This document shows, piece after piece, positions 12,211-26,000 of a stretch of DNA of 64,000 nucleotides (positions are counted from its first letter, which is position 1; every line of letters begins with the position of its first letter). The notes under the pieces were generated by a model that did no database searches, had not been told where the DNA came from, and saw only the letters and a program-made list of their open reading frames with translations. This stretch comes from Magallana gigas (lineage: Eukaryota), in the NCBI RefSeq assembly GCF_963853765.1, contig NC_088859.1, positions 37,820,001-37,884,000 of the forward strand, written 5' to 3'. A program made the position numbers and the translations under genes.

Positions 12211-13231
12211 TTTTATGAGTCATTAAGATGACCTAATGCAATTGGTGTTCGTCCGTCTGCGTGCGTTGTGCGTTAATAATTGAACATTCTTACTTCATTT
12301 TGAAAACCGCATCGCCAGTTTCAGTTGTGATTGTATGCATCGGGGGGGGGGGGGGGGGGGGTGTGTACGAGGAACATAATTGTAAATATTATGACTCTTG
12401 CTCAATATGGACCATACGGGCATGCACAGGCACGTGTTTCTGAAATCTACTCCATAGTATGCATGCTGTAGGATGAATTTGACAACAAAAACAAACGCCT
12501 GTGGGGTCATGACTAAAATTGCCAAAATCTGACCTTTTAAAAAAAGGCTTCTCTACTATAACAAATCCGATTTTTAAAAAAATGATTTTATTGTTGTATA
12601 GACCAAGAAGGCCTCTACCGTTAATGTAAACATGCCCCTCCCCCCCTCCACGTTGAGTAGGGGTTTTGACTATAACCGGTGGGCATGTAGGGTCAAAAAG
12701 GTCGTATAGGACTTGTATGATTGCATATTATGTTTAAAAATCTTCTTTTGAGTTACTGGCAATAAAAACTTACTGGAAGGCATAGTTAGGAAGATCGTAA
12801 AACCGTCTACCAAAAATTGTAAATTTCACGACCGCTAGGTTTGGATGTATAGTACATGTATGTACATGTATATAGTCACTATATATGTAATGTTCAAAGT
12901 CTTCTTCTTTTGTTCTGCTGTAAAATATATAAATATTCTAATATGAATATGATAAATACACATTTAGAGGAGATAATGAAGCTGTCTATCAAAAGTCAGG
13001 ATATCATGATATCCATTAATTGCGGTAAGAGTTCAGTCTCAAAAGTGGATTGAAAGGGTGTATGGGTATTACATTCATATGAAGAAAGATATTAAATTTG
13101 TACATCCAAATGTATAGATTTCACAGATACTTTTTCTCATATTTTAGATTTGATTTATATGGGATTTCCTGTCAGGTTTATGAATGAGCTATGGTACTCA
13201 GGTGACCGTTCAGGCCTGTGGGCCTCTCATT
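12211..13231 (+). mobile_element. ~1-kb non-autonomous Helentron-associated (HINE / CvA-pearl-type) repeat
   Basis: T-rich insertion site, degenerate 5' gagtca...gatgacc followed by a gtcc/gtgcg microsatellite-like tract, and a 3' end ctcaggtgaccgttcaggcctgtgggcctct with a short AGGCC/GGCCT hairpin. This layout matches bivalve HINEs; the family is recognised from memory, not searched. Confidence 0.55.
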
Positions 13232-13604
13232 TAAAAATGTTATGTCGCTTAAATATATTAATTGTGTATTCACGTTTAATGATTTAAAGTAAAGAAAGTC
13301 TACTTGCATATACTAGTATCCATTTTCATTTACCAATATAGGTAATAATATCAGACCGCATGACAAACGGAGCATTAATGTCATTTATGTACAGTATGTA
13401 CATGTATTATTGAATTGGGGTTGTATTGAATAAATACTGTAGTTGTTTTGACATTAAATTATGATTTTCGCAAACCCCTTGTCTCTGTTTTTTTTTGGTT
13501 GCAAGTAACAAAATAATAATATGCAATTATTATAATAGCCACATGAGCATATCAAGAAAAATATTTAAGTGGTATACCAAATACTTATAGATTTCTTAAT
13601 TCTT

Positions 13605-13756
13605 TTTTGGAATGACGAAGGGGGGGGGGGGGGTACCATATGTTTAAATTATCGCCCATAGAATATAGCTAGAAGATTCCTTTTGGAATGACGAAGGGGG
13701 GGGGGGGGGTACCATATGTTTAAATTATCGCCCATAGAATATAGCTAGAAGATTCC
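13605..13756. repeat. Perfect 76-bp tandem duplication containing a G14 run
   Basis: 13605-13680 is identical to 13681-13756. Confidence 0.9.
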
Positions 13757-15598
13757 CTGACAGATCTATGTACGTGCTATATGGTAGTAAGATGATCATT
13801 CTGTTTTGTGAGCCGCTTATTTAAAATTGCTATATTGCTTAAAGTATATAAATTGAAATAACACTTTAAATGATTTCGAGCATAGAAAGTTTACTTGCAT
13901 AGAAACATTTTTTATTGACAAGAACTGAATGAACATTTATGTACGATATATTAAAAAACTCCTCTGTTTTGTTTATTGTGTTGTTGTTTTTGTTTTTCAG
14001 GCACGTAGCATCGTTTTTGAAAGTGGAGGGGGCAGGCAGACTCATCCAAAAAATCTTGAAAAGCGAAAAAAAAAAGGAAATTAGGAATTCCCCAAAATCT
14101 TCAAAATCCTAATCCGGGGTGGGGGGCTGGCGTACTATAATATAATATTATAACTTCAATTTCAATCCTAATTTCCTGATTTTCATATCAATTTGATTTT
14201 CATATCCCCCCTGCCCCCCCCCCCCCCCATTTTTGTGATAAATTAATTCTAGCGGCTAAAACGCTGGAAAGAAAGATAACCCCAAAAGGGAAGCTTTTTA
14301 TCACCTTTTTTTCTTTAATTGTAGAATATCTAATTTAAAATTTAATGATTGAAATTCACTTCTGTAATGAACACTGCAAATATTGAAATTATTATTATTG
14401 TTATTTCTGGATATGACTTTTTAAGATCATTACCCAATGTTTCGGAACTTACAAAAAGAAGGTCTGAAATGACAAAGAGACAGATATATATACCTGCAAA
14501 CAGACAAAATCATCAAGAACCCTTTATATAGTTTCATCCCCTGGACACACTTGACAAATGAAACGGATATAAATTGTATGCTTATTTAATTCAGCCATAT
14601 TATTCTACATTTTATATAGGCATTACAAATGTACTGACACAAATAACAAGTTAATTTTCGTTAATTTTACTTGAAATAAATGTTATCATTATAAGCAGTG
14701 GTATGTGTTAGACATAGGTTATAGTTTTATCACATCGGGTTTGATGTACAGAAAATAAAAACTCCTACAGTAGCGCCAATATTGAAAATAGAGGGAAAAC
14801 GCGTTCCATTGGAAACGGTAATATTTTCTAACTTGCCTTAAGTTTTGACTTTTTATCAATATATATGTTATTTTCTCTTATTAAAACACATAAAAGTCAT
14901 ATCCTCTCAATGAGTTAGCTGTAGTATAATTTGTTATACCATACATAGGTCATTAAGATGTCTGGTTATTGGGAATTGAGACAAAAAGCATGAAGGGCAA
15001 ACATTTCGGGGCGAAGGAACACACATTCTGTCGAACTTGTATTTCAATAATCTTTGATAAAGTTGGTTTGGGTGATTGGCATTAGGACCTTGGCATATAA
15101 TTCTGGAGAAGTTAGTAAAAAGTTATATGAAATGTGGCATATACGGTAGATAGGGATGCAAAGGATAAAAAAGAGTTGGTATGGCAAATTGTCTTAATTT
15201 TGGCCAGGTTGCGGAAGTTCAAAGGTAGAGAGTCTCACCAGAAATGTAGGGTACCATTCTGTACAGAATTTTTTTGTTAAAGAGAAGGAGTTTTAATTTT
15301 AGTGGATTATATATAAAGCAAAGACTACCTGAAGAGTCTTGCAATTGATTAAGGGGTATATATATATATATATTTTTAAATCCAGATGCATGATATGATC
15401 ATCTCCTCCCTGGGAAAATATATTTTCTTGAGTATATGTGTTGATGTGAAATGTATTTTAAACATAACAGCGCACAATGCTTCATATGATTTTTAAGATG
15501 GTTCATAATTTACTTCCATCATGTTCCATAATTAACTTTGTTTTGATTTGTAGTTCCTCCCTATGAATGTAATCTACTGAAGGAAAGAAACATAAGAT

Positions 15599-18500
15599 AT
15601 GACAACTAGAATGAAAACATTACGAAAGAGAAAGAATGGTGATTTGGAGGAAAGCAATAAAAACCAGTAAGGATTGATTACATCAATACCCGACAACATT
15701 TTTCTGCCCTACATATACATGTTATAGTCTGTCCCAAGATATTTATGCAGCACATTTGGGCGATTTTTAATAAAAATACACTTACCTGTGAAAGAAGTGC
15801 AATTGAAATAGTTGAAAGGGATATTTTCCAAGATAATTTCATTGACACATTATCATCTTTCACTCGGAAAAATTCACAGGAACGAAAACAGATTCCTTAC
15901 GGAGATTTATAATGGGGAATGTTTACAGCTTTTCTCTATTCGGAATACACTCGGAATACATCGCGCAATATTTCAACGTTATCATCCGGGCTTGCTGCAA
16001 TACAAAATCTCCGTGGACATCACATTTTTTAGCATTGTATTGAAACCTGATAAGCTAAGAGGGGCGTTTTGACTGAGAAATCTTGGAAATTTTTCATACT
16101 TTTGAATGAACATCGTTTGAATCCTGAGGTATTTATAAATATCAAGCAATTAAGCCAAATGTGAATCCAAAATATCTTGAGACAGAGTATAGCTAAGTAA
16201 TTTAAAGCAGACAGTATTTTGAGGGTTTATGTTTTTTGCTATAATTGACCCTTGAAATAGTTTTATAAAAGAACCTTTATGACTTCAGATAACAAAATCA
16301 TTTTTTTTTATGACTTTAATTACATAAATCAGATTTTTTTAAACTAATGAAAATTAAGAAATATTGTATAAAACCTATGATGAAATTAAAATTTAAAATA
16401 TTTTGTCCTGCAGGTATGATTTTAATTTTGAGGAGGTTGAAAATACTCCACCCAAGAAAAAAAGACTTTCAGAAAATACCTGTAAGCTGTCCGTGACTGC
16501 AACAGTTGATAGTCCAGTTACATCGCAATCCGACACAGAGGTGGAAGAGGAAATAGCTGTGAAATCCTTCTATGGAAAAAGGGAGAAAAAATCTTTTCCA
16601 CACTCACCCAAAAGACGCCAAGCAGCAAAGAAGGTGTTGAAAAAACTTTCAGATGAAGAAAATGTCTCACAGGGTGAAAGTCAGACAACTGATAGCGAAC
16701 CGGAGGCAAAGAATAAAGAGAAGACAGATCTGGGACCAAGGTAAATTCACCTATAACATGTAGCATCTATTTATACGCAATGCTTGCTTAATACTTTGAA
16801 AATTGTATTAAGAAATTTGAAATAAAATTTAATTTAATTAATTAAAAAATCTTCAGCTTGTTTTAAAGGGGATGGACAATTCTTCAAAAATACTAAAGCA
16901 GGTTTTGATATTTTTATGGCATGTTTGTAATTTGTAGGACCAGGAAAGGTGTTAAACCTGCAACCCCATCCATTCAGAAAAATGAGACATCAAAAACTAA
17001 CTCACCTAGAACACCAACAGTTCAGACTAAGTCACCAAGAACACCTATTATCCGGAACAAGACAAACTCACCATTAAAACCATCAACACCTGGCACTGGA
17101 GAGAGACGGTTCTTTAAACACAGATGTCCTGGATCTGCCGAGAAATACATCCCTGGTGTGGTCATACGCAAAGGATTTGACTTAAAATTTACACCTAACC
17201 GAAAGGAGATTGTGTTGGGAAAGCAAAAGAAGGGCAGTGATAAGACCAAAGCCAAAAAGACAGCATGGCCTCTTACACCATTTCCTAAAGTTGAAGCTAA
17301 AAACTCTAGGAAGGCAGGGTTAACTGTTAAAAACAATGTAAGGCATTCTTATCCAATAGCTGCTTGTCAGAGAAAGACTTCTCAAGAAAGTAGTCCCACA
17401 TTAAGCCAAGAAGAAAGTGAAGATTCCAACAAAACCAGTTCTCCAAACTCTGTGTCTTCATCCCAGTCTGTTGTAGATTCTGTTCATTCTGGGCCATCCA
17501 TTCGCATCAGGACCAAAACTCAGACATTAGAGCCAGCATCTCAGCCAATGAATTCCGAGCTGGACATCAAAACAAACTCCAGTATTACCACAGAGGACAA
17601 AATCTCACTTAGCACAGACAATATATCTTCTAATGGAGACGCAACTTCTGATGTAATGGAGGGCATTCAACCTATTGAAACTGTGGACAGTGAAGGTGAG
17701 GGTTCACCCAAGAAACCCAATGACATTACCAATACCCCACAGGAAGAGACCCGGTCCAGTAGTTCTACAGGGAGTCCTACGGCATCCTCTACAGCATCGC
17801 CCCAGCAAAAGCTGTTCCCAATATTTAACAAGGTCACACCCAGTCCAAAGTCCAGGCTACGGACACTCAGAGACACACGAAGCAGGTAAAACTAGTCTCA
17901 TCAAATCCATTGCATTATAAAATTTGTTGTATTATTGTGTGTTAATATTATGTTTAGCAGAGGGGATGAACTTATGTTCTTTAGTTATGAATAAGTTGAA
18001 ATTATTAAATTTTACTGTTACAGTATTTGACTGCTGAATCCCTGAAGTGTAAAAAATTATTGTTAAAAATTTAAATAAATCATTTAAGACATCCATTCAT
18101 TTATTGTATTGCTTTTCTCTTTTAAAGTTTAATTATGTTCTTTAGTTATGAATAAGTTGAAATTATTAAATTTTACTGTTACAGTATTTGACTGCTAAAT
18201 CTCTGAAGTGTAAAAAATAATTGTTAAAAATTTAAATAAATCATTTAAGACATCCATTCATTTATTGTATTGCTTTTCTCTTTTAAAGTTTAATGCAGTT
18301 ATAAACTACATTTATGGCAGAAAAATTCTTAAAGTTTAATGCAGTTATAAACTACATTTATGGCAGAAAAAAACGAATTTATGACGATTGAGTAAACTTC
18401 TTTGTATAAAAGTTCACATGATTTGTTTGAAATTCTGTTGATTTGTAGAATTTATTTTCAGATCTGTTTCTAAATCCCCAAAGCTGAGATTTATTGAAAA

Positions 18501-21500
18501 TAAAGATGATCAAATGACTTTGGTAAGAATGGATTTAAGGAATACTAATCAACAAATTAACAACAATTATTCACTGATAATACACATATGCTGTAATGTT
18601 CTTGTTTGACACTATTTTTCTTTTGACTATATAAGGATGCTGGTCAGAAGAAGTTTGGAGCCACGCAGTGTGATACCTGTGGAATGATTTACTCCCAAGC
18701 AGAACCTACTGATGAAACCACTCATGCAAAATTCCACCAGAGCATCCTGAATGCCCTCAAATTTCCTGTCAGTGAATATTCAATGGGTTTATCTTTTGCA
18801 TGTCCATCCATTAGAAACTTATTTATATTGTTCTGCCAAAAAAATTTTAATGTCAAATATTGAAAGTTAATCAAAATTATGAAACCTGGTTATTGGTTCC
18901 ATATTATAATAAGTGCATTAAGAAATTGTTGTGATATAATGATGTTAATTTTTCTTAAAAAGTTAAAGATTGTGTTTTTGTGTTAAATATCATTTTCCAC
19001 CCTTTTAGATAAAGTTCTACTTTCAATTTATCCTAACAGGGTTGGAAGAAAGAGAGAGTGGTACAGGAGTTTGATGACGGTAGTCGGATCATCATGGTGA
19101 CTTATGAAGATCCCAAATACGCTCACAAAAAGGTAAAGCAAAGGTGACAAGTTATTTAACATCATCCTTGATCAATATTACTAGATCAACTACAAACCAT
19201 GTAACGATTATATCTTACCAACTGCCTTTGTATAAATGGCAAATAATGAAAAATAACAATTAATAGTTATGCTTTATAAGATAATTTGGGTAAAAAAAAC
19301 ATGACGTCATAACACTGTAAGAAGTCTTAATGCTCAAAGGGAGTATTACTAAAACCGATTTGGTTTGACTTTAACGATCGCGTCGCGTTCAACTCTTTCA
19401 GCTACGTCATACATAAACAATACCCGCACCTTAACCACAATTTTTTTATTGGTGGATTCAGTTTACCGCTGATTGGCTGCTGGTTAACTAAGACTAAATT
19501 ATGCACGGACAGAACAACAACATATCTGAGAATGAAAAATTCACATGGGTACTCGTGACTGTCGAAATTGGGCTATTTTTCGAAAGTGTACACTTGTGAT
19601 AAAACAATACATACGGTACATAACATATATAGCTGTAGCTCTATGTATAAATTTTGGGTTAGAAAATATAAAGCTACAGTGCATACAATACTTACATGTA
19701 CAAAAAAACTTTACGGCAATTTGCCGCATATAAAAATAACGCTATTTTTGAAAAAAATAATAATTCTTCATTTAGTTTACTACTGTTAATAATTGTATTT
19801 TACTTGCCCCAAACTTTCTCCTATTAAACAACCTTCTTCCGTACTCGGAAGGCGGATCAAGAACTGTATTTTTTATGTATGTAAACAAACCATTGTTCAT
19901 GTATGGAGCTGGTGATCGGCGGCTCAGAGACATGTAAAATAAGGAAATCTGCAGTAAATGGTTTGTGGATATTTTAGTATATATATATTACACCGAAAGT
20001 GATAGGGCAACAGAAGAGAAACGAATCGGACACTTGTCTAATGAAGATGCACATGTACAAACCCCCTTGCACTCTCCACTTCCGTCTCGTTCTTTCACAC
20101 CATCGTTCAATTCTTTTATTGACTGTCGATTGCCGATCGAAAGGTGTAGAAATCGAGGAATTCATATCTATCACTTGGACTGGCAAGTTAGTAGGTAATA
20201 CATGTGCATATTACACATTTACGGTATTTACATGAATTGAACGCTTAGCACATGCAACTTCTAAATATTATATTTTTTATAACGCCGTACTCTGGACCGT
20301 AGCTTGAGTTGAGGCTATGGTTTAACGCCCGTTTACAGAGAGAGAGAGAGTTTTGCACAGAATTTAAACATAGGGGATAGTCGATTTTGAATGAATAATA
20401 TTGGGGGGAAATGAACTGTTCTGAGAAATCCTTCAGCTCTGGCATTGCATAAGCATGTACTGATAACTCCGCCTAACTCAACCAATCATAAAGTTTTCAC
20501 AACGGCGGCGTGTATAATTTATGCATGACGTAGCTGACAGAAATGATCGTGACGCTATAGGAAAAGTCAAACCAAATCGGTTTTGATAATAATATTTTGT
20601 ACTGACTATACATAGTCTCAACATGACTGCTGTAAGCCAATAATTTTCTTAGAATTCAGCAGGAGGTAAGATATATAGGACTGTCCATTGCTAAAGCAAT
20701 TCAGAAGTACATGCATCTTAGGCTGTATAATTTTATTAGATTTATAAAGGCAATCGCTAAACGTTCCCAAAAAAGCAAATGAAAACAATAATTGAATGAT
20801 TGGAGATTATTTTTAAAAGAGTATTTGACACTTTTTCCTTTCAGATTATTTTTACAAATTTTTCCTATGAATTTTATTAGGTTGAAGAGATCAATAAAAT
20901 TATGGGAGCTGAGCTTGGATTTCCAGAGAGCACTTTAATTTTCAGAACGGATTATAAGGTAACTGAAAGAAGAAGAAAAAATATTACTTTTAGACCCTTT
21001 AAATTGATATATTTGTTCTTTGTTACATTATTAAATTTTTGTAGGTTTTTCTAATGATTTCTGATGAGAAGAAGATTATTGGATGCTGTATTGCCGAGAA
21101 TATTACACAGGTAAATAAACATGGTATTTGTGATTTAAAAAAAAAACACCAAAGTTTGCAATGTTGGTTTTTTCCATGTTTCCATGTTCCTTCACAATTA
21201 TAGGAATTGCTTGTTTGCCTGTTCACACTAGCAGTCTTTTATACATGTACTGTCATTTAAAGCTAAACTGAAATGCATGGGTAGTAAAGGTAGCAAATTT
21301 TCTATGCAAATGTTCTATGGACACCATTTATTATTTTGAATACAGTTTAGGTATCAACAAAAACTGACAAAATCTGAATGGTTATTTAGTAAAGATAGTT
21401 TCTCCTCTGATGTTGTTACTTTATAAACTAATATTCAAGTTTTAGAAAAAATAAATGTTTTTTTAAATGAATTCTGATAGTGAAGGAAAATCCTTTGTGT

Positions 21501-23061
21501 ATTTTAGGGTCATCGAGTGATTGCAGATTCACAGTCCAGTCAAGAGTCTGGTTCCAGGCCCTGGTACTGTGACTCGGAACCAGAACCAGCTTCTGTAGGA
21601 ATCAGCAAAATCTGGGTTCATAAGCTGCACAGGAGAACCGGAGTAGCCTGCAAACTACTGGACTGTGTTAGGTCAGTGTTGTGTGACATCTTAGAATGTT
21701 CGTATAGTCATGGTCTTACACCATTGAAATCTAGTTTTTCAATATTATACAATTATTGTCTAGATATAAGGGGGAAGGAAGGCTGAGAGCAGCATTTTTG
21801 TCTGAATGTCCAACAAACGATATTGCCCAAATCCCAGTCAATAACTGTTTTGTTATACTTTTCACTACATATACGAGCATAAATTTGTTTCAAGGGGCAT
21901 GGTCACGATTTTGGTCAAATTTCATTTTTCTGCTTTTATTATTTACAATGCTTTAGGAATGCATTTCTAATGATCAAATGAAATTTGGGTGACAGTCGAT
22001 GAGCTTTAAGCAGGATACAGGGCTCACAATTCTTCGTTACGTAAACAAGGCTCGTGCCCTGTTTTTGTTTACATAGGTTCAATATACCAGTAAAAATCTT
22101 TTCAAGCTGATTTTTCTATCTTCTTATTCATTTTAAGCATAAATAAACAGTTCCTAACGATTAACACATTTATTTGAGGTCTAAAACTGGTATTTTCACT
22201 TCACCATTCAAAATGTAAACAAACGCTTTGTTTACATAGCGAAGAATTGTAAGCTCTGTAACTCACTTATAACTCAACAAATGACACTAAAATTTTGGTT
22301 TCCTATTAAAAATGCCTTACTAAAGCATTGTAAACATTAAAATCGAAAGAAAAAAATTTGACCAAAATCGTGACCATGCCCCTTTAAGAGTATGGCAATT
22401 TCCATTTAGCCAACTTTTAATGAATATTATTTAATTCAACACCTAATTTGTTAGAGCGACTGAATAAAATTAGTTTTAAACATTTTTGGGTGAAATTTAG
22501 AAATGGATATTTTATAAGGACATAACAAAAGATTTTGATGCAGATATTAAAGTTATCAGATAATTTTTGTAATATTCTTATTGTTAAGGTTGAGAGAATA
22601 TTATATTTTCTGAATCTGAGAACATGGTAATTTTTGTAGCATTATGGTATAATATTTACATTTGCAAATACATTTCCTTATATGAACCTATAGAATAGCG
22701 AAAACGTTCAATTCTGTATGAACTTTTTTTGTGACGTCACAATGTACACAGCACGCGCTTATCGCTTGGATTAATGCAAACATAAAATCTCGGTAATTAT
22801 ATCAGTTCTGATCGATTTGTCTTTTTCAAATGTAAATATAAGTAATAAACAGCAATTAACAGGATATTTTTTTTTTTTTTTGATGAAATGTTTATTAATA
22901 AGCCAACTGCTTCTACATACATCACGTACATACATCACAAATTTTCAAGGACACAAAGTATGTTTAGGAAAGCAACGAAAACAATTACATCAATAATGCA
23001 TATATAATGAACGTTTACTAAGAGAGAAAAAACAAAATACATATTGAGCACCTTTTTTATT

Positions 23062-23093
<32 letters not shown>

Positions 23094-26000
23094 GGGGGAG
23101 AGAGAGAGAGAGAGCACTCTAGAGTGAGTTAATCACAGGGGTCCAAATTTCCCAGTCTGTATTGAACTTATCCATTTCACTTCTTTCTTTTGCACAGAAT
23201 TGGAATACTTTATATAACTGTTTTAAATCATTCATAAGGGCATTTACTGTTAATTGGTTTTTCTGGCATCTACTTCTGTATATGTATTTTTTTATCAATA
23301 TGAGTACAATATTGAACGCTTTTGACTTCACATCATCTAAGACACCAAAAATAAAAGTTTTATTATCAAGGACTATTCTAATTCCTTTAGAGTTGCAAAC
23401 TCTAACAAATTCTGCTAATAAATGTTGTACCCTTGGACATTCCCATAATAAGTGATATATTGTTTCCTCAGCATCTTCACAAAAGATACATAGATTAGTA
23501 TCCACTTTACCAATTTTATACATAAAACTGTTTGTAGTTAATATATAATGGTTTATTCTGTACTGCAACCATTGAAATTTAGAGTCTGAGGTAATAATAA
23601 AAGGTAAATGAAATATTGAAACCCATTGTTTTTCTGTAAAAACCAAATGTCTACTCCATTTTTCTTTTCCCACTGGTGTTACATTTGTCTGATTTAATAT
23701 ATCATACATTGGCTTTGAACCTTTTTTTTGTTAATACAAAGGTTTTAATATTAAATGGTATAAAAGGTTTGAAAACTTCATTTCTAATGAAGTTGTATTT
23801 CCTTAGATCTGAAAGTACAGCTTGTCTTACTCCCATATATGTTAAATAATTCATTTGAATATTAAATTTTCTTTTCAACATTTCAAAATCTAAAAAGTTT
23901 TCATTTTCATCAAACAAGTCAATTACACATCTTACCCCTTTAGCATACCATGATTTATAAAAAAAAGACTGATTTCCTATCTTAAATTTATTATTGTTCC
24001 ACAATGGCTGGCAACAATAATCCTGCCATGATTTTTCATTTAAGTTATCTTGGATTTCTTTAAAAGCTATGGTAACTTCCTTCCAAAAATCATTTTTTAA
24101 CGATTCTTGCATTTGCATAATTTAATCTGAACCTGTATTTAATAGCTTTTCTAAATTAATAGAATTCTCCAGCAGTGTTTTCCATTTTGAATTATTATCC
24201 TTAATTAATCTCCTAATCCAAGTAGACTTTAATCCTTTAATATAGGAATTTATATCAACCATCCTTAACCCACCATGTTCATACTTCTGAGTACATACTT
24301 GTCTTTTAATTTTATCACATTTTGAATTCCAAATAAAATTGAATAGAATATTGTTTAATTCTTTTAATGTTTTACTCTGAGGGTTTGGTAAGGCTATAAA
24401 TAAGTGGTTTAATTGTGAAATTAAAAGAGACTTAACCAGTGTTATCCTTCCAGTTGGAGTCAAGTGTCGTTTGCTCCATTGTTCTATTACAGATTTTATC
24501 CTAACAAGTTTCTTGTCATAATTAAGTTTTACAATTTTATCTAAATCTACATCATAATATATGCCCAAAAGTTTGAATTGAGTTGTCCATTGAAAATTCA
24601 TTTCTGAACAGATTTTTTCTTCAGAATATTTTTTACTTCCTATCCACACAATCTGAGTTTTTTCTTGGTTTATTTTAAGACCAGATAATTTATAATAGTC
24701 ATCTATTTCTTTCATGGTTGCCCTTAATGATTTCTCAGTTCCATCAAGGATTATTGATGTATCATCTGCATATTGTGATATTAAATATTGGGTGTTATTA
24801 ATTTTGATTCCTGTAATATCTTCATTATTTTTTATTTTAATTGACAATATTTCCGCACATAATAAAAAAATGTAAGGCGATATTGGATCACCTTGTCTGC
24901 AGCCTCGTCCAAGTTTAAAAAAGTTTGATAAAATGCCTGCCTGGGACACACAGGACATAACATTACATTGAAAAGTTTTAATCCAGTTACAGATAAATGG
25001 GCCAAAATTAAAATAATTGAGTGTATTTTGTATAAATTCCCAAGCAACAGAATCAAATGCTTTCTCAAAATCAATCATAACTAATACCCCTGGAATATAA
25101 TTATTTTCTGTATAGTTCATCAGATCATAAATCAATCTAATATTTTCCCCTATATATCTTCCAGAGATGAAGCCAGTTTGGTCATTACTGATAATTTTAT
25201 TTAGAACAGTTTTTATCCTGCTTGCTATACAACCTGACCCAATTTTGTATATAACATTGAGCAATGAGATAGGTCTCCAGTTACCAAGGGAGAATTTACT
25301 CTTTCCCTCCTTGGGTATACAAGTTATAATTCCTTGTTTCTGAGTAGATGATAATTCTCCTACTTTATATCCATAATTTAAAGATCTAACAACAAAGGAG
25401 CCTATTTTATTCCAAAACATTTTTAAAAATTCAACTGTGAACCCATCACTGCCTGGACTTTTATTGTTTGACATACTATTTAAAACCGAAGAAGCTTCCT
25501 TATATGTTATATATCCTTCAATTGATTTTCTTTCATTGTCAGATAATTTAGGGACAGAATAATCTTTTAGAATGTCACTTAGTGAAATATCTGTACTTTC
25601 TGTTATCATCAAATTATTTGCATACAAGTTTTTATAAAAAATTTCCAGTTCATTTAAAATCTCCTCTTGTTTAACTATTTCTATCTGTTCATTATTTTCT
25701 GTTATTATTATCTTTGGAATAATTTTACTAGTATAGTGATGATTTTCTAAATTTAGAAAATAATTAGTTGGTTTTTCTCCCTCATTTATCCATTTAGAGC
25801 GTGAACACACCAAACTACCCATGACCTTATAGTTTCTTATATTTTCTAATTCTTTTTTCTTTTCATTTATTTTATCTATATATTTTTCATATTCCTTTTC
25901 CAATTCTAAAAGCTCTTCTAGTAACCCCTTTTCCTTTTCTGTCCTTTGCTTTTTTAAATAGCTTGCATATGAGATAGTTTTTGATCTAATTTCCATCAAC

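Noticed and set aside
13999-14235. caggcacgtagcatcg... G/C-run-rich segment resembling a common bivalve interspersed repeat
   Set aside because: Only one terminus is recognisable and no matching inverted end or TSD was found, so it cannot be supported without a library search.
16518-17920. Antisense and alternate-frame ORFs over ESCO exons 2-3
   Set aside because: Shadow ORFs of a long low-complexity coding exon.
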